Shown: positions 12,395 to 26,600, counted from the first letter of the stretch. The stretch: 64,000 bases of DNA from Balanoglossus misakiensis (GCA_040954595.2 CM082584.2:9939061-10003060), one strand, 5' to 3'. Numbers and translations are program-made. The notes: generated by a model not told the origin, from the sequence alone.

Positions 12395-15323
12395 CGTTAG
12401 TCCAACCGTAGAAGAAACTAGTGTTTTCTTTAAGAAGTAAATACAGTTTTTTTTAAAGAAAGGAAAGGGCCCTGGGATGGCAGTTCAAAGTACTTCATTT
12501 ATGTTTATTGTTTATGATTGCTCAAGGCACAAGTTTCCGCAAACGAGTTTTTTGTTCAATTGATATTTTTGCTGTTTACTGTTTGTTTTTGATGAAATGA
12601 TTTGTGATAAATATATGGAGTACATTTCTAGATGCAATGTAATTGTGTTTAAGACACGGACCAAGCATCGCTTGGTTTTCATGTAGAGCTTTAGACCGTG
12701 TGAAATCTCTCCCCTTTTTTGCTGTTTCCATGGAATATTTATATAAGTTGAATGGAAAGTTTATTCTGGTGGCCAGCCAAGAGAAATATTTGGTAGGGGT
12801 TGGGGAGGGAGGAAGTGGGTTGGGAAGGGGAGGGGGAGAATATTTTGATCTGCCATCCCAGCGGTAGGGGTAGAAACATTGGTGAATATACTGTGTGTGG
12901 ATGAACTGAAAGAAACCCGCAAGGATCTGCCTTGAACACGGTGGGCATTACAGGAGTATTTATGTTTACTCGGAGACTGTCAATCATTGGGCCAAGTGAA
13001 AGATCGGTCAGATTGAAGCTGGACCCATGTGTTGGGAGTTTCAGGAGAGAGAGAAAAAGAAGAAGTCGCCCCTCCAAGAAAACAAAAACAAAACAGGGTG
13101 GACTTATTGCTTAATGTTGATAAAAGAATGTAGAATACATCGCAAATCATAAACGAATTTGGATTGCTTTCCTTTGAGAGGAAAAACAAAACAAAGGTAC
13201 TCACAAAGGTGTTATTTCTGCTTGCTTTTTAAGCATCAATTCTGTAAATATGACATTTATGTTTATTACAAAAACCACACTAATGGAACGTCTTCTGCTG
13301 TGGGAGTGTGAGAGAGTTGATTATATGGAGTCTCCACAATCTCTGTCTCGCTATCTTTCTTTGCGTTGTAAATACCTTCAAAATATATTCCGGAGCTCCT
13401 AGATAATATTTATATATTTGTGTTACTGGACTAGCTGTAGATGGGATTGGTTGGTTTGGCAAAAAAAAGGTCAAAAAAATCTTTAAAAAAAACTTACAAC
13501 TCAACAGATGCTAATATTGTAGATATTAGGACTAATTCAATACAAACAAGGTATTTTTTTTTATTAAAGATTTATTTATGCAAAAAAAAATTCATTTTGG
13601 GGGAAATCAGGTTCTAGAGACTTTCTCACACGTCCACAGCAGAAATTCCAACAAAAAGTTGAATTAGTGAAGAAAAAAGTGTAAAAAATGACTAAAAACA
13701 ATTCTGCCAGTGTTGTGTTGTAGTAATAGGCCAGAAACCAAAAACTGTAGTAGTGTTGCTGTATTTCCCAGTACATGGACAGGTAATGCACTTTCATTTT
13801 TCGAAAAGATAACTTACTAGATAAAATGAAAGCTGTTGCACTTATCCATGACATTAGAGTTGGTGTTCTCGTATTGGGTGTTCTTATGCTGTTGAATAAT
13901 AATTGCATTTTTCACAAAAAAAGAATTTTTGGGAAATCCTGTAATCCAGGAGTATACCAACAATTCAGTGGAGGGGGGGGGACAGCATAGACCAATTTTT
14001 ACAACATCTGTTGCCCACTTCATGTAGAAATAGTAGTTTACCTCAGAAAAAAGTTGAGCTTTTTGTGTTTTCATTACCAGAACTACTGTGTAAGGCGTTA
14101 TTACATGTATAGGAAAATCAGTTTGCCAACTTTTTGTTGTTCTTTCTTTGTCAATGTATAAAGTATAAATAGTGTGTTTACTGCTAGTAATTTCATGTGC
14201 TCTGTCTTAACTTCAGTGATCTAGAGAAAAAACAACACAAAGTTGTCAATTTTCCATTTTTGATTGATAAATCAGAGTTTTCCCGATCTCTAGCGCACCC
14301 CCTCACCCCTTCGGACAATAATGGTATAACCTAATTACATATACATGGTGCAGGGGTGACTAGTGGTGATGTGTGCACATGAGACAAAGGGGAAAATACT
14401 ACCAAAAAAAAAAATTCTTGTGACAATTTGTGAATTAGAAATTTTGATTGCAGTGCTGTAATACTGTGTCATTGTACATTTTTTTTCTGGAAATGTTACA
14501 TAGATAGATGCCATTTTTTTCTGTAACTTTGTTCTGACATTTTCAGAACGCAACCAAAACTTTCAGGAAATCCCATTTTGGTTGGACACGCACTCAAAAA
14601 ATTTACTTGAAGCAAAGAGTTTCTCGTTGTGTAGTGTTTTAATTTTACTAGGCGCAGATTCTACCCGTGCTTTTGCATTTCACAGTGTTGGCAGTGATAT
14701 GTCAAAAATCTTAATACAGTTTTGACTTCAGTGATGTAATGGAGGAATAATTCCTAATTAGTGTTCATTTTTTCCTTTTCCCGTGTTTAATGTTTTTTTG
14801 TTTTTTTCATGTCAATGGATTTCAGTCTGTGGACATGACACTTCTCATGGTGCCATTGCCGGGGCTAAAGGGCTGCTCCATTGATCGATTATACATATAT
14901 TTGGACATATGGACCATATTTATTTATAACATGCCATCTGAAGTTTAAAAAAATGGTGAAAAAAAATCATGAAAAAAACTTTTCCTCTCTGTGAGGGAAA
15001 TTATTGTATTTTCTTTGTAAAAAGGAAGTATTCCTTGGCCCTGAAATAATTTCAAAAGAAAACGGTCCCTGTGTCACTTCTCAAGTGTGTGATTTTTCTC
15101 GGGTCAGTCCAGGATTTGGGTTTTTATAAAAACTGCAATGGCATTTGGGAGAAGTGAGACAGGGGCCCCAGGAGGGCAGACACACACGCTTGTGTTCCTT
15201 GTGTAGTTTATTTATCATACTACTAGCAATATAGGACAATTTTGTTGTTTTATGTTCACATTATAGATGCCCTTGCTTTGTAATTAGTGAGAGTGGTGTG
15301 TGATTACTGGAGAGAGAGAGAGA

Positions 15324-15357
<34 letters not shown>

Positions 15358-16100
15358 CGAGTGTGTTTGTGTAATAGATGCAAGTATGGTTGTGTGTGTG
15401 CGTGCGTGCGCGAGAGAGAGAGATTGAGACTTCAGTGTAGAGTTAGGACAGTTGAGAAGCCTTTGCGAAAATATCAGTTGAAGAATTCTTTGTGTGTCCA
15501 CTCTATAATGTATTGGGTTAAATATTTAATTATATTAAAAAGAATATTTGTGTTATAAATAATTTCTTTGTCCTGTGTTATTGCTTGTTACAACCCCCTG
15601 TTGTTGGCCAATGACCTGAATTCGGATCGATGGGACCAGAATTGGATGCTTCTACTGGTTGCCCAGTTCAATTTGCCGTGTAAAGATTTTGTAGACCACA
15701 TAGACTGTAGTTCATACACACACACAGTTGATCAAGTTTGCATTCTCTAGATGGGTGGTGTCCGCCTATGCGGTTTGGCTAATCTGATTTTCTACATTCC
15801 CCACTGTCTGGCATGCAGTTTGAAAAACGTGCTTAGAAATTGGCTTTTTTGGTGCCATATCTTCCGGGGGGCTTGCATTCTTTATTGGGCGGGATCAAAG
15901 CAATGTAACACCCTGTGAAAAACGACAAGCTTTGACCTCTGGGCAGGCAACTGTAAAATAGCAACGCTGCTGTGGTCTACCTGTGCCATAAAAATCGCAC
16001 CAGATTGACCTATTCCCCTCCATTTCATGTTCCCTGTGAAAATTGGAACATTACATGTAGAACATTCCAGTTTATTAAATGCATATAGGATGTGACTGGT
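12395..16100 (+). other. Probable long AT-rich 3' UTR of the VLDLR-like gene (3' end uncertain)
   Basis: U-rich non-coding sequence after the TAA at 12392-12394; candidate ATTAAA signals at ~13563, ~15534 and 16074-16079. Confidence 0.4.
15310..15425. repeat. Compound (GA)n/(GT)n microsatellite
   Basis: gagagagagagagagtgtgtgtgtgtgtgtgtgtgagagagagagag... read directly. Confidence 0.9.
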
Positions 16101-19100
16101 CACTGAAACCAGATCTCTGCTGCACATGACTCGACATTGTTACCAGACATGGGCTTCCATGGCTTCCTTCAAAACACTGCCCTTCTAAATCCAGTGTTTC
16201 AAAACTATTTGAACACAAGGGCAACCCATGCACGTCCAACATGCCCCCAAGAAGTGTACCCAATCTGTTTTGGCAGTCAATTACTCTAGTGTCCTGTTTG
16301 GGTGTCGCTTATTTCAACAAATACTCTGGGAATACCAAACATTCACTGAGAAGGTGTTCCAGGCCAGTTGGTGCGTTGAATTGAATGTTATGTAACATTG
16401 TGCATATTCAAGCAAATACCTGGCAAAAATGTAAGAAAAAGATGAAAGTAGGTGTCTTAGCTGCACGCTTACGAATTACTCTTCGTTGCTTAGATGACAT
16501 GACATCAATTGAGACAAATCTAATCGTACCCATGCAACATGGAAGAAGGATATTTTGGGGGTTTGGCTACCAACACTCAGTTTAACGAGCGCAGAGAACG
16601 ATGGGTTGCAGACAGACACATTAAACATGTTAAACGTGTTTAACCCGGACTGTCTGAACTTCTGGTGAACTTTTCAACACATGGTGTGAAAGAAAGGGCA
16701 GCCGTTGGCTATGAGGCGATTGGTGCAGTTATCATCAATGTCTTTTAGGCGTCCGACAGCTAGTATCGGCTCCCCCCCCCCCCCCGGTCGAATATATTCT
16801 GCACTGTCATGTCAGGCTGCTTAATTTTTGCCACCGTTTTATCGATTATTACTGCCCTTTTCCGTCCCTGAAATTTGAACTTGATTATCCAGAATTTTGT
16901 ATAACTAAAGTAAAGACCCTTGTCTAGGATTTTAAAATCCTGCAAAATACTTTCTGTCGGTCTTTCTGTGCATTTTTAGTCGTGACTGAACACAGGTGTA
17001 CGTGGCCGTTTTATTGGTGAAATTGTGTCATGCACGGACCTTGCGCTTTGACGGGGGCGCTTTGAACCGGAACATTCTATCGATTTAAACTCTCGTGGAA
17101 CTATTTTTGCCCATGAGAAAACCAGGTTTATGAAACATTAATACCGAACAGGTGAGACTGTTGTTCGTCCCTTCTGTTTACAAACATTCGGCTGCCAAGG
17201 GAAAAGGGAAGACATGGCAGTTTGCCAAGCGCCTTTTATTCACCGATCTATACGGAATGCAAATGCAAATTAGTGTTTGATTATTGGACATCTGCCATGC
17301 TAACCCAATGCGTCACATGACGTGTACCGCGTGGTCGCCACGACTGCGCCCACTTTAGCACACTGTCCATGTGGTTTAATGACCCTGCTCCACCGACCTT
17401 TTTTCTTCTTCGACCAGTGGCGAACGGTGTTAAAACTGGACAGAGTTGTAGAAATAAATACCGTTGAAAAGACCGATTGGAATATAACAAGCTCAAAACA
17501 ACGACACTGAAATCAATCGATCGAGGCAGTGTTGTGTAATTTGTAATATTGATCGTACTTCCAAGTAAAGGCTGTAACCGTTATATGCTATTAATGTCGG
17601 TTTCATGGACCCCGCCACCAGTGGCGTTCTCTTGATCTTGAGCCGGGGTTTGGGGGGGGGGGGAGGTGAATTTTCCATTTCTGCAAGTCTGCAACTTGTA
17701 ACTCTAACACGACCTGTTGAGGCTGTTCTAAAGGTTAATTTGACGGAGACTTTCTACAAATTTATGCTGCTATAGCGAAATCAAAAATTATAAGAAGAGT
17801 TCACCTGTCGGTTTTTTCGAATGCTTGTTTTTTAAAATGACGCCATCCTAGAAAATCTCAACTCTACGTACGAATGCCCACATGTTCCAGTGTTTTTCCC
17901 CACTTACACTAACTCTAGAGGGCGCACGACAAATAGATCATGCAGCATCACTCCGTGTCATTCAGGCCCGTCCGTGTGGGGATGTTGATATTTACCGGAT
18001 TTTTCTGCAAAAGGCCCATGCTTAGCCAAGAAAACCCCTGGCGATTTTTTTTAAATTGCGGTTTTATTCTGTCAAAGGAACGAGACTTATTTTCATCCAG
18101 AGATGAGACTTACACTGGCACGAAGCTGCATTTCCACACAGATGCCTTTAAAATTGTTTTGCCTTACATTGACGTTTTGTAACTTTGGCAGCTGAAAAGC
18201 AGATAATATATATACGAAGTAGTTTCCTGCCACGCTGCACGTTTCACTCCAGAAACAAGAAAGTATCCGCGGAGAAAGTCACAGAACGCGTGTTATCATC
18301 TTGTCACGTGACCTGGGCGTGTCCGTGCCAGGTGCACTGGTGTCGTCTGCATGGATGTCGTCTACAGAATCTGCGTGCGTAAATCGAGCTTCAGGAGAAA
18401 ATAACAAAATGTTGCCGTCCGATATTCGTGTGATGGAGAACTTCAGGACACTTGACGACGACAACAATTAAGGTAACGCTACGTACAAGCATGTTCAGGC
18501 TGTCGGATGCACCTACTTCGTTTCAACTGTGCATGTGAGTGATCGTTCGCACGTCGATCGCGACCTCTCCATTTTGAAACTTTCTTCGTAGGAATCGTTT
18601 TAGCAAGAGAGTACGACGCGTGTGATGCTAAAACGACCTACCGGCTGATCTGTATTCGGACTGTAGCACATATTACCCGTAGTGGATGTGAACAAGCAGA
18701 GTGAAAAATATATTATGTAGGTCCCTTGGCACGGGACTCGAGAGAAAGTCAGAAAGCACGCGTTTCTGGTATCAGGCTAACCACGGACATCGGCAAGGGA
18801 AACTCACGGTCTGGAAGCCATGCAAGCAATGTGTGTTCAATATGGAATGGGCAAGGAAACTTTAATCTAGTGCATCATGCGTGCAACGGGGATGTAAACT
18901 TGTACAAGAAATCTTCAACATAATGCGAAGGTAGGTTTTCATGTAAAAACTTTATTAACCACCTAGTCAGACTTTATCCAAGGACATTTGCAGTAAGTGT
19001 TATCACGACTGAAGGGGGTCACTCAATCAGCTCATTTGAATACTAAACCACAACCCCTGGCACAGAAAAAATATGCAAAAACATTTTGGCCCGCCCGACT

Positions 19101-19820
19101 ATAAATAGCCCTGCATTCATTCGCCGTAATGTTTAACCAGGTGGTTGACCGAAGAGAATGGCTCATACATGTACCACCAGAAATAAACGTTGTTGCAACG
19201 CAGTAAAAGGCTGTATCATTTGTGGCACACTTCAGAAAATATCTAGGGAATTTAGAAATTTAGCAAAGCAATATAGGCACATGATGAAGCTGACGTGTTC
19301 GCCCGCAGCTATTTCGCCATGCAGCTTTGCTTTGCTGGTCTTGGACGTTGAGGGCGCACACTTAATCAGAGAAGCCTGGGGGCTGGCCTGGGGGAGGGGA
19401 AGGGGTCATCTTCGCCCGCCAACCCGTGTGAGCGGACGTTGGGAAGGGATGTGAGAGTCTATAGTTCCCGGTTGCACACAAGGCAGATTCAGCTATAAAT
19501 GGAGACCTCTTGTCTCCGATAAGCATGTCTGGGTCGGCCCAACAGTATGCAAAATACAAGTATCCGAACATTATCTGGCAAAATGACGCCCTCAAGTAGC
19601 ACTTATACACTCAACTTTTGTTTTTATTGGCCTGATGGCGTACCACGCGCACACAACAAAGCGCATGGACCTCCGCCAATCAAGTTGTGATGGAATGTTA
19701 ACAATGGTGGTGAAGGGCTAAACCTGTTACAAAGACAATATAAGAACCTGGATTAGGTCAACCAGACTTTGTGTCAACAAAAACACAGACACGACAAGAT
19801 TCATTTATGTTCACGTGTTA

Positions 19821-19826
19821 TTTATT
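19821..19826 (-). terminator. Candidate OvoA polyadenylation signal AATAAA
   Basis: TTTATT on + strand, about 870 nt downstream of the OvoA stop, near the end of the AT-rich UTR-like tract. Confidence 0.4.
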
Positions 19827-20291
19827 ATGCTATGCAGAGTAATTATTGCACAGTTGTTATTGATTACCATCTTTTTTGCGTAGAAGAAAGGGATGACTTT
19901 CATATGCCATATAATCAGCAATAATCAGCATATACCCACAGCTGCCCCTGGAGAATATACAAACTATACCTTACAACTATATGACCTTTTAAGAACGTAG
20001 TAAATAAATTCACATTAAGAATGGCAATTTAATAAACACTGACTGATAGACAGACAGGCTCTTGTAATTATGATTGGATACACGATCAAGTGAGATACAT
20101 TTCTTTGTTACTCAGAGTCACACACATCATTAGAACACAATATATTGTGAAACCGAAAAGCGAACCAGTTATGTCTGAAAAATCGAATAGAGATCTTAAT
20201 ATTAATTAAAACCTTGTACTTATATATTTATATATTAAAGGGCTACTCTATGAAAGGGAACATTTTTGTAAAAATCCTGAAAAGATCCTTG

Positions 20292-20696
20292 GAATAGAAA
20301 ACATAAAAGTAAATGCTAAAAATAACAGTTAAATGGTTACATGAAAAATTTCAAATAACACCTATATAACACAACTAAATACATCTTCCTGTGTTAACAC
20401 AAGTTATGCATATAATGGCACTTATTAGAATAAGGACAGGAAGTATAGAGGGATTGAAGGTAACATTTTACTATATCTCTGTTTCAAGCAGACACAGTAA
20501 CTCGTGAGAATAGAAAACATGAAAGTAAATGCTAAAAATTACAGTTAAAATGGTAACATGAAAACTTTTAACAAACACCTATGTAAAGCAACCAATCTTC
20601 CTTTGTTCACATAAGTTGCAGCGTGTAATGGCACTTATAGAGAAATTCGAGTTCGTGTTTTACCATATCCGTTTGGTACAAGCAAACATGGTAACT
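20292..20696. repeat. Two-copy ~200 bp tandem duplication in the OvoA 3' UTR
   Basis: Copies begin GAATAGAAAACAT(a/g)AAAGTAAATGCTAAAAAT at ~20292 and ~20508. They share AACACCTAT, ATCTTCCT, TAATGGCACTTAT and CAAGCA..CA..GTAACT in order. Confidence 0.85.
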
Positions 20697-23600
20697 ATTT
20701 TCGTTTCCAGACGGTCACAGTTGCCTGTCTCTTTGCTCCCTTGTCGTCAGAATACTTGAAAGACAGCATCTCAAGGAAATCAAGTCTGTTGGGAAGTAGA
20801 AAAAAACATTCATACTAAGTTTCATGAATGAAAGTTTAAGGGAACAGCCTAAGATTGCTGTATAAATTCCAAAAGCTATTCTTGTGGGTGGAAATCACAT
20901 TTTTTTAATATTTACCTTCTCCCAATGATGGGCTCCAGCTTATCCTTGTTCCAGTCTCTGCTGGTCACTATAGCAACCACTCCAGTAGGCTGGGTGATCT
21001 CCCACAGGCGAGCTAGCCAAGCTGCAAAGCCAAGATAGATTCAAGTCAGTGAGTTGCCTGAACTCCAATCCCAGACGTTGCAGGTTATACGACGACAGGG
21101 TTTCTTTAGCCAGGAACACCCACCATCAGCTGCCTTCAAAGTCATGGCAATCAATTGCTCGCTGACACTCTCAAAGTGGGAAGTCCAGGTAGCTTTATGT
21201 CACAACATATCTGTAACATGCTGGGATCAGCCCATGTTACAGATCATGTGGAATACAATGAAAATGGACTGATCTGCACAGAAGGAATGACCATCAAGAC
21301 TACAATTGTCAAAATAGTTTTACTGCTTAAAGTGGAACGTTACGCACAACTTTGGGTTTCAGAGTACAATAGAAATGTCAAAATATTTGGATGTCCATAG
21401 CTCTGTGAACAAAACCAATGTTTTTCATAGCACTTTTTGAAGAATAAGATCTAAAACAGAATGCAACGTTCCACTTTAATAAAAATGAGCAGTGAACATG
21501 GGGAAAGAAAATGATGAGCTGAAAAAAAATGTCAAAAAATGGGCCACTCAAGTAGAATGTACCATAAATACCTACCTATGACCAGACAGAAAATATAGTT
21601 ATTAAGAGGATTATGTCTAGGGTTAAATATTCTTTACTTCAGAGCCTTCAATCATTCCTGACTAACTACATGTACATGTGTGCTGAATATTTACAAAATC
21701 AAAAGATTTGAGTGAGATTCCCTAATGGCTGTACAGAAATGTGTTTATATAGAACATGTATTTTCTATTAACATTAATGAAACATGCACTTTTTGAAATG
21801 GCCAGTGATGTTCCAAGTTATTGAGACTTACCCTCACCCTACACAGTCATGATGCTGTCATAATACTTACATGCTTTAAGCTCAAATCACAGAAACTTTT
21901 GGCTTTGTTATCAGTATTTTTTCGCAGTGTATCAATTATGGTTTCGTGGTCAGATTCCTAAAGAATGATGAATTCTTGTGTTTGGACTTGAATTCATTCA
22001 TCAACAATGATTTTTAAAAACTCGGGCTACATTTAGCATCATATAGGGAGTAGAAACTCTAGTTGATACACCAAAATACTAAAAAAATATTTAACAATCA
22101 CAGCTAAAGGAGTTTACCCGTATATAGGTTGTAATGAGAGGAACTGTAATGACTAGTATTAGTATTTGCAGTAGGCAAGAGCATGCAGAATATAAGTATG
22201 CCTGCGGGATCTAGTCCCATTTGCAGATTCCTTTTATCAACATATACATATAAAGCAATGAGAAGTAAAGCGCTTTGCTCAAAAGCTTAGGCACAACATT
22301 GCGGCCATGTAGTCCCCATCCTCCGATAGAAAGTCCATGGCAACAATCCTCCGACAAGCATGATTTAGCTGATGTTTTTTAACTCCACAAACCGTAACAT
22401 TTAATATTCATGAGATTCCTACCTGTTCTTGTAAAAATCAGAGTTCCCTAGCCTGTTTAAATTCTAAGATTAACACTCGTTTGCTTGCTATGACAATTTA
22501 TGTATGAAATGTTTAGACTTGCAGGGAAGACAGCAACTTGATACCTAACTACCAGGGAAGGAAAGCAAAAATTAGTTTTTAGTTTACTGTTTTATTTAGG
22601 GTGTCATGGGATCTAGTTGTGAGTCCAGGTTACTTTCAAGTCCCAAAGACCTGCCAGATATTGATCACCATTGTAAATGTATACACCGTATTTGTTTGGT
22701 CATTTCTAAAAGCAAGATGGAAAATCTGCCCATATTTATACTTTGAGAATATTTTGGTGGCACATGTATATTCCAATGTCCAGTATCAAAGTATAAGCCA
22801 TGGGGCAGACTTGGCCGTTCACGGGTGATTATTAGAGCTTGCTAAACAGTTTAAACTTGCAGGGAAGAGATCAGGCTACATACATTTATATTCCTGTAAA
22901 GAAGACAAGAAAGATGAAAACACGTTGTGGTGAAAGATAGACGCATGTATCTGAACAACTGAAGAGGAGAGAATGGCTGAAATTATCAGTCATGTGTTGA
23001 CATGCACACATGATAAATTACAGTAAAACCTGCATGTCTAAACCGAACACCAAAGGGACTGAAGAAATTGTTCAGTTTGCAAAGGTGTCTGGTTTATAGA
23101 GGTTCTTCTAACATGTCTTTCTACGTCAAAGGGACTGGAAAAGGTGTTCGGTCGAGTCATGTTTCCAGATTAGACAGGGTTCGGTTTAGACATGTTTTTA
23201 TAAAAAGTGAAAAAATTCCATGTGTCGAACAAAAACAACGCAACATGTTGTTATGGTTACAGTGTTCTCCCCAGAGTAATTAATGCATAGAGGCTTCTTC
23301 TCTTGCATATTAGCAAAACAATGCAAATTAATTCCGAGTCATTTGTGTACCTACCTTTGGCATTCAGGAGTCTGTCAGTCATGTCCATCAGAGTAAAATC
23401 ATAGCCGTATAACTCGTTTGGAATCCAGGTCAGCTGTGGTCAAAAGAAAGAAAGAAATTGAAATATTCATGTTGTGAAAAGGGAAGGGGATTATAAAAAA
23501 GAAAAGAATCATTTCCATGTGTTTTCGTTTGGTTCAGACAACTGGGATGATTTTGACATTTCAGACCCAAACCACACCTGTTTGAAGACAACTTTCTCTC

Positions 23601-26600
23601 TGTTAGTACTGTCATCCAACGTCACTTCCACTCTGGTTTCTGCCTTGGCTTTCTTTGCGTCCTGTTGCGTTGGAAATGGTTTCTCATATGTCATGGCACC
23701 TGTGGCTTGCAGCTTCATGGCAGCATCGATGAACAGACCACTGTAGTCCACGGCTAGGATCTGTCATGCAATATGGTGATGTATTTTAGGTGCTGTATTA
23801 CCAAGGGACTTGGGCAAACTATGGAACAGCGGGACGGGACAATGAACTTGACATCGATCCTCACCTCGTCAAATGTTCTCGACAGCTGGAAGGCCAAGCG
23901 ACCTGGTCCACATCCAAAGTGGACGGCCGATTTCTTGTTGGTGTTATACTTCTTGACCAGATGTTCACAGGTCTCTCTCAGCTTGGCGACGTAATTGTCA
24001 GTTTCGGCAAACTGCAGCGCGGTGATATCATTCAAATGTTGTTGACTGTCGTAAAAGTACTGTGTGTTTGTGCTGGGCACGAATGCCTTCTCGATATTGT
24101 CGTGCTTGATGTTAAGTTGGTGCTCTGAAGAGAAATGAATTTAGCGAGAAAGAAACTATTGGGGTGGTGTTTGGGGAGGGCTTTGTGAGATTGAAGCAGG
24201 ACAAGAAACACTGGGACATAACAGCATTGTGAGAACGTCAGGTTGGAGTCGTGGGAACAAGTGAAAATCTTACCTGTCATGCCGAGTCCAAATACAAACA
24301 CTGGTGTACCAACCAGTCTTACTGGGAGAGGCTCATTTGCACTGACAGACCTGGCCATACGGAAACCAAGGTGTTGAAAGAAATGCCGACGGAACGAAAA
24401 CCTGGCATAGCGCGAGGCTTCGTCTCCAGTGGAGACCCATGATCCACCCTGAAACGTTTCAATTAATAACTCGTCAATATATACACAGCCGAAATAAGTT
24501 TGCACTTAGGATACCTGTACATAGAAAAGAACAACTTCCTATTCACATTCCCTCTGTACAACTCAAAGAATTCTCATTGTACAACTTGCCTGCATCATGG
24601 TGTGTTTCCCATCAAAACATGGGGATGAGAAATCATCGTACAGGTATGATGTCTTGAACCCTGGCAGGCCGTTAAAGCTATCCTCTACCCACTCCCAGAC
24701 ATTCCCATGGACATCATGGAAACCTCTCTCAGTGGGTTGGTACATGTTGACAGGCTGAAACAAACAAACAATAAACGTATAATAAAGGCAAGCTGGGTAA
24801 AAAATTTACTGGTATAAACAGAGTGTCAACACTTAAGAAATACAAATGATACAAATGAGTATTTTTGAAGCTCTCAAAATCTTTGTCAATGAAAATTGCA
24901 CGCACACTGGTAAAGACTTGAAAACTGTAACACATACGAAAAAGACTTGAACTACAGTTTACTCACAGTGGATGAGCCATAGACTAAGTTCAAATTAGCC
25001 TCTATATCATCGTTATAGATGATATCTGCCTCCACGCCGAGACTTGACGCTTTCTGCAATAAGAGTAGGAATTGATCAACAGTGATGAAAAATGAAATTC
25101 CGCACAGGTAAAGATCTCCTTATGTCCTGAAATTTGGCGTGTTCAAACAAAGTCAACATACCAGGGGTGACTGTGAAGTCATACTGACATGATCCTATTT
25201 CAAAACTTTCCTGGTGTAGTTTCAAATCCAGGGGCTCTCCAGAATTTTCTTGGAGCGTACAAACCCTTATATGATCGAGATTTAAATGTGAAGTAAAAAA
25301 CATCATAAGTACCTGTGGACCTCTCATTGCGTGATGCTCAGCTTCCGTTGGCAGTCTATACTCAGGGCCCTTCCAGGCACAGTACGCTCTGGCCTCGTGA
25401 TAGTTGACGTCCACTGGCCAGTCCCATGGCATGTTCATCACACTAAATATGGCACGGTATCTGAAAATGTCACGATCGAGGAGGGTTAAAGCGTTAGAGT
25501 GCAGCTACTGCTTAAAGAATTGGCCAATATTGTTTTTCCCGGTATCTTCATTTTATGAAGTTTATACAATTCACATACCAACCTTCGGAGACATGTTTTA
25601 GCCCAACTATAAACAACACTCGCTGTGTCTTCAAACAGTGGATTCTAAAAGTGATTGCATATCACGTCAACTTACTTATACTCTGTATTCTCCATGCCAT
25701 TGCCCACGCCATTGCTACCGTTCACTCCATTGCTACCGTTCACTCCATTCTGACTGGTCAAGTTGTCACCACCATTGAAGACTTCCAATCTACAGGGTGT
25801 GTAGCCACCGAGCACCCCACCACAGCCCCCTTTGCATTCTGTCAGAGAAAGTCAAATTGAAGATAGCAGACACGCCGACTTATAACAGAGCAATCAACAT
25901 GTAAAAATGCACAAAACACGATCCCTTCCTTTATTTTCATGGTAAAAAAAAGTGGGCTTAGTGTTATATGTTGGCCATCATCCAGTCAACAATACACGTG
26001 TCGTGAATATTAGGTTTAGTGAATTGATCTGTAATAATATGCAATGCTTATTTTAATGCATGTAAATGATGCAAATTAATTTAAGGATGTTTGATATCAT
26101 TTTGTTTTCCTATTCCTGCAATATATTGACTGCTCGAGTCCTAAAGAAGGAATGTGAAAATCTAACTCTAGGTGACGCTTATCATGAACCTCAAGTTTGA
26201 ACAGAACTAGGAATTATCAATATGTATGATGCATTTAATTCATACCTTGTGTGCAAACCCAGAAAGATGGATGGTTAGCTTGTCTGTACTCCTTCCATTC
26301 CCAGCCTTCTGCTGACCAATATTCTTTATTGGTGTAACCGCCAGCTTTGACAAAGTCGTAGAATTCTCTGTTTGTTATCAGATACTTGGTAGCTTCAAAA
26401 GGAGGAACGCTGTAAAAAATAATAATCACTTTACGAACGTTGATCAATTTGGAATGTTTTTAAGAGTTATTCTCAAAAACGATATGGATTAGTCAGACGA
26501 GTCCATTTCAGATGAAGCCTGTTAAGGACAGTCATGATCTACAGGTAGAATACACCCACTTTGAAGCTGCAGTGAATACAGTATCCACTGCACATCAACT

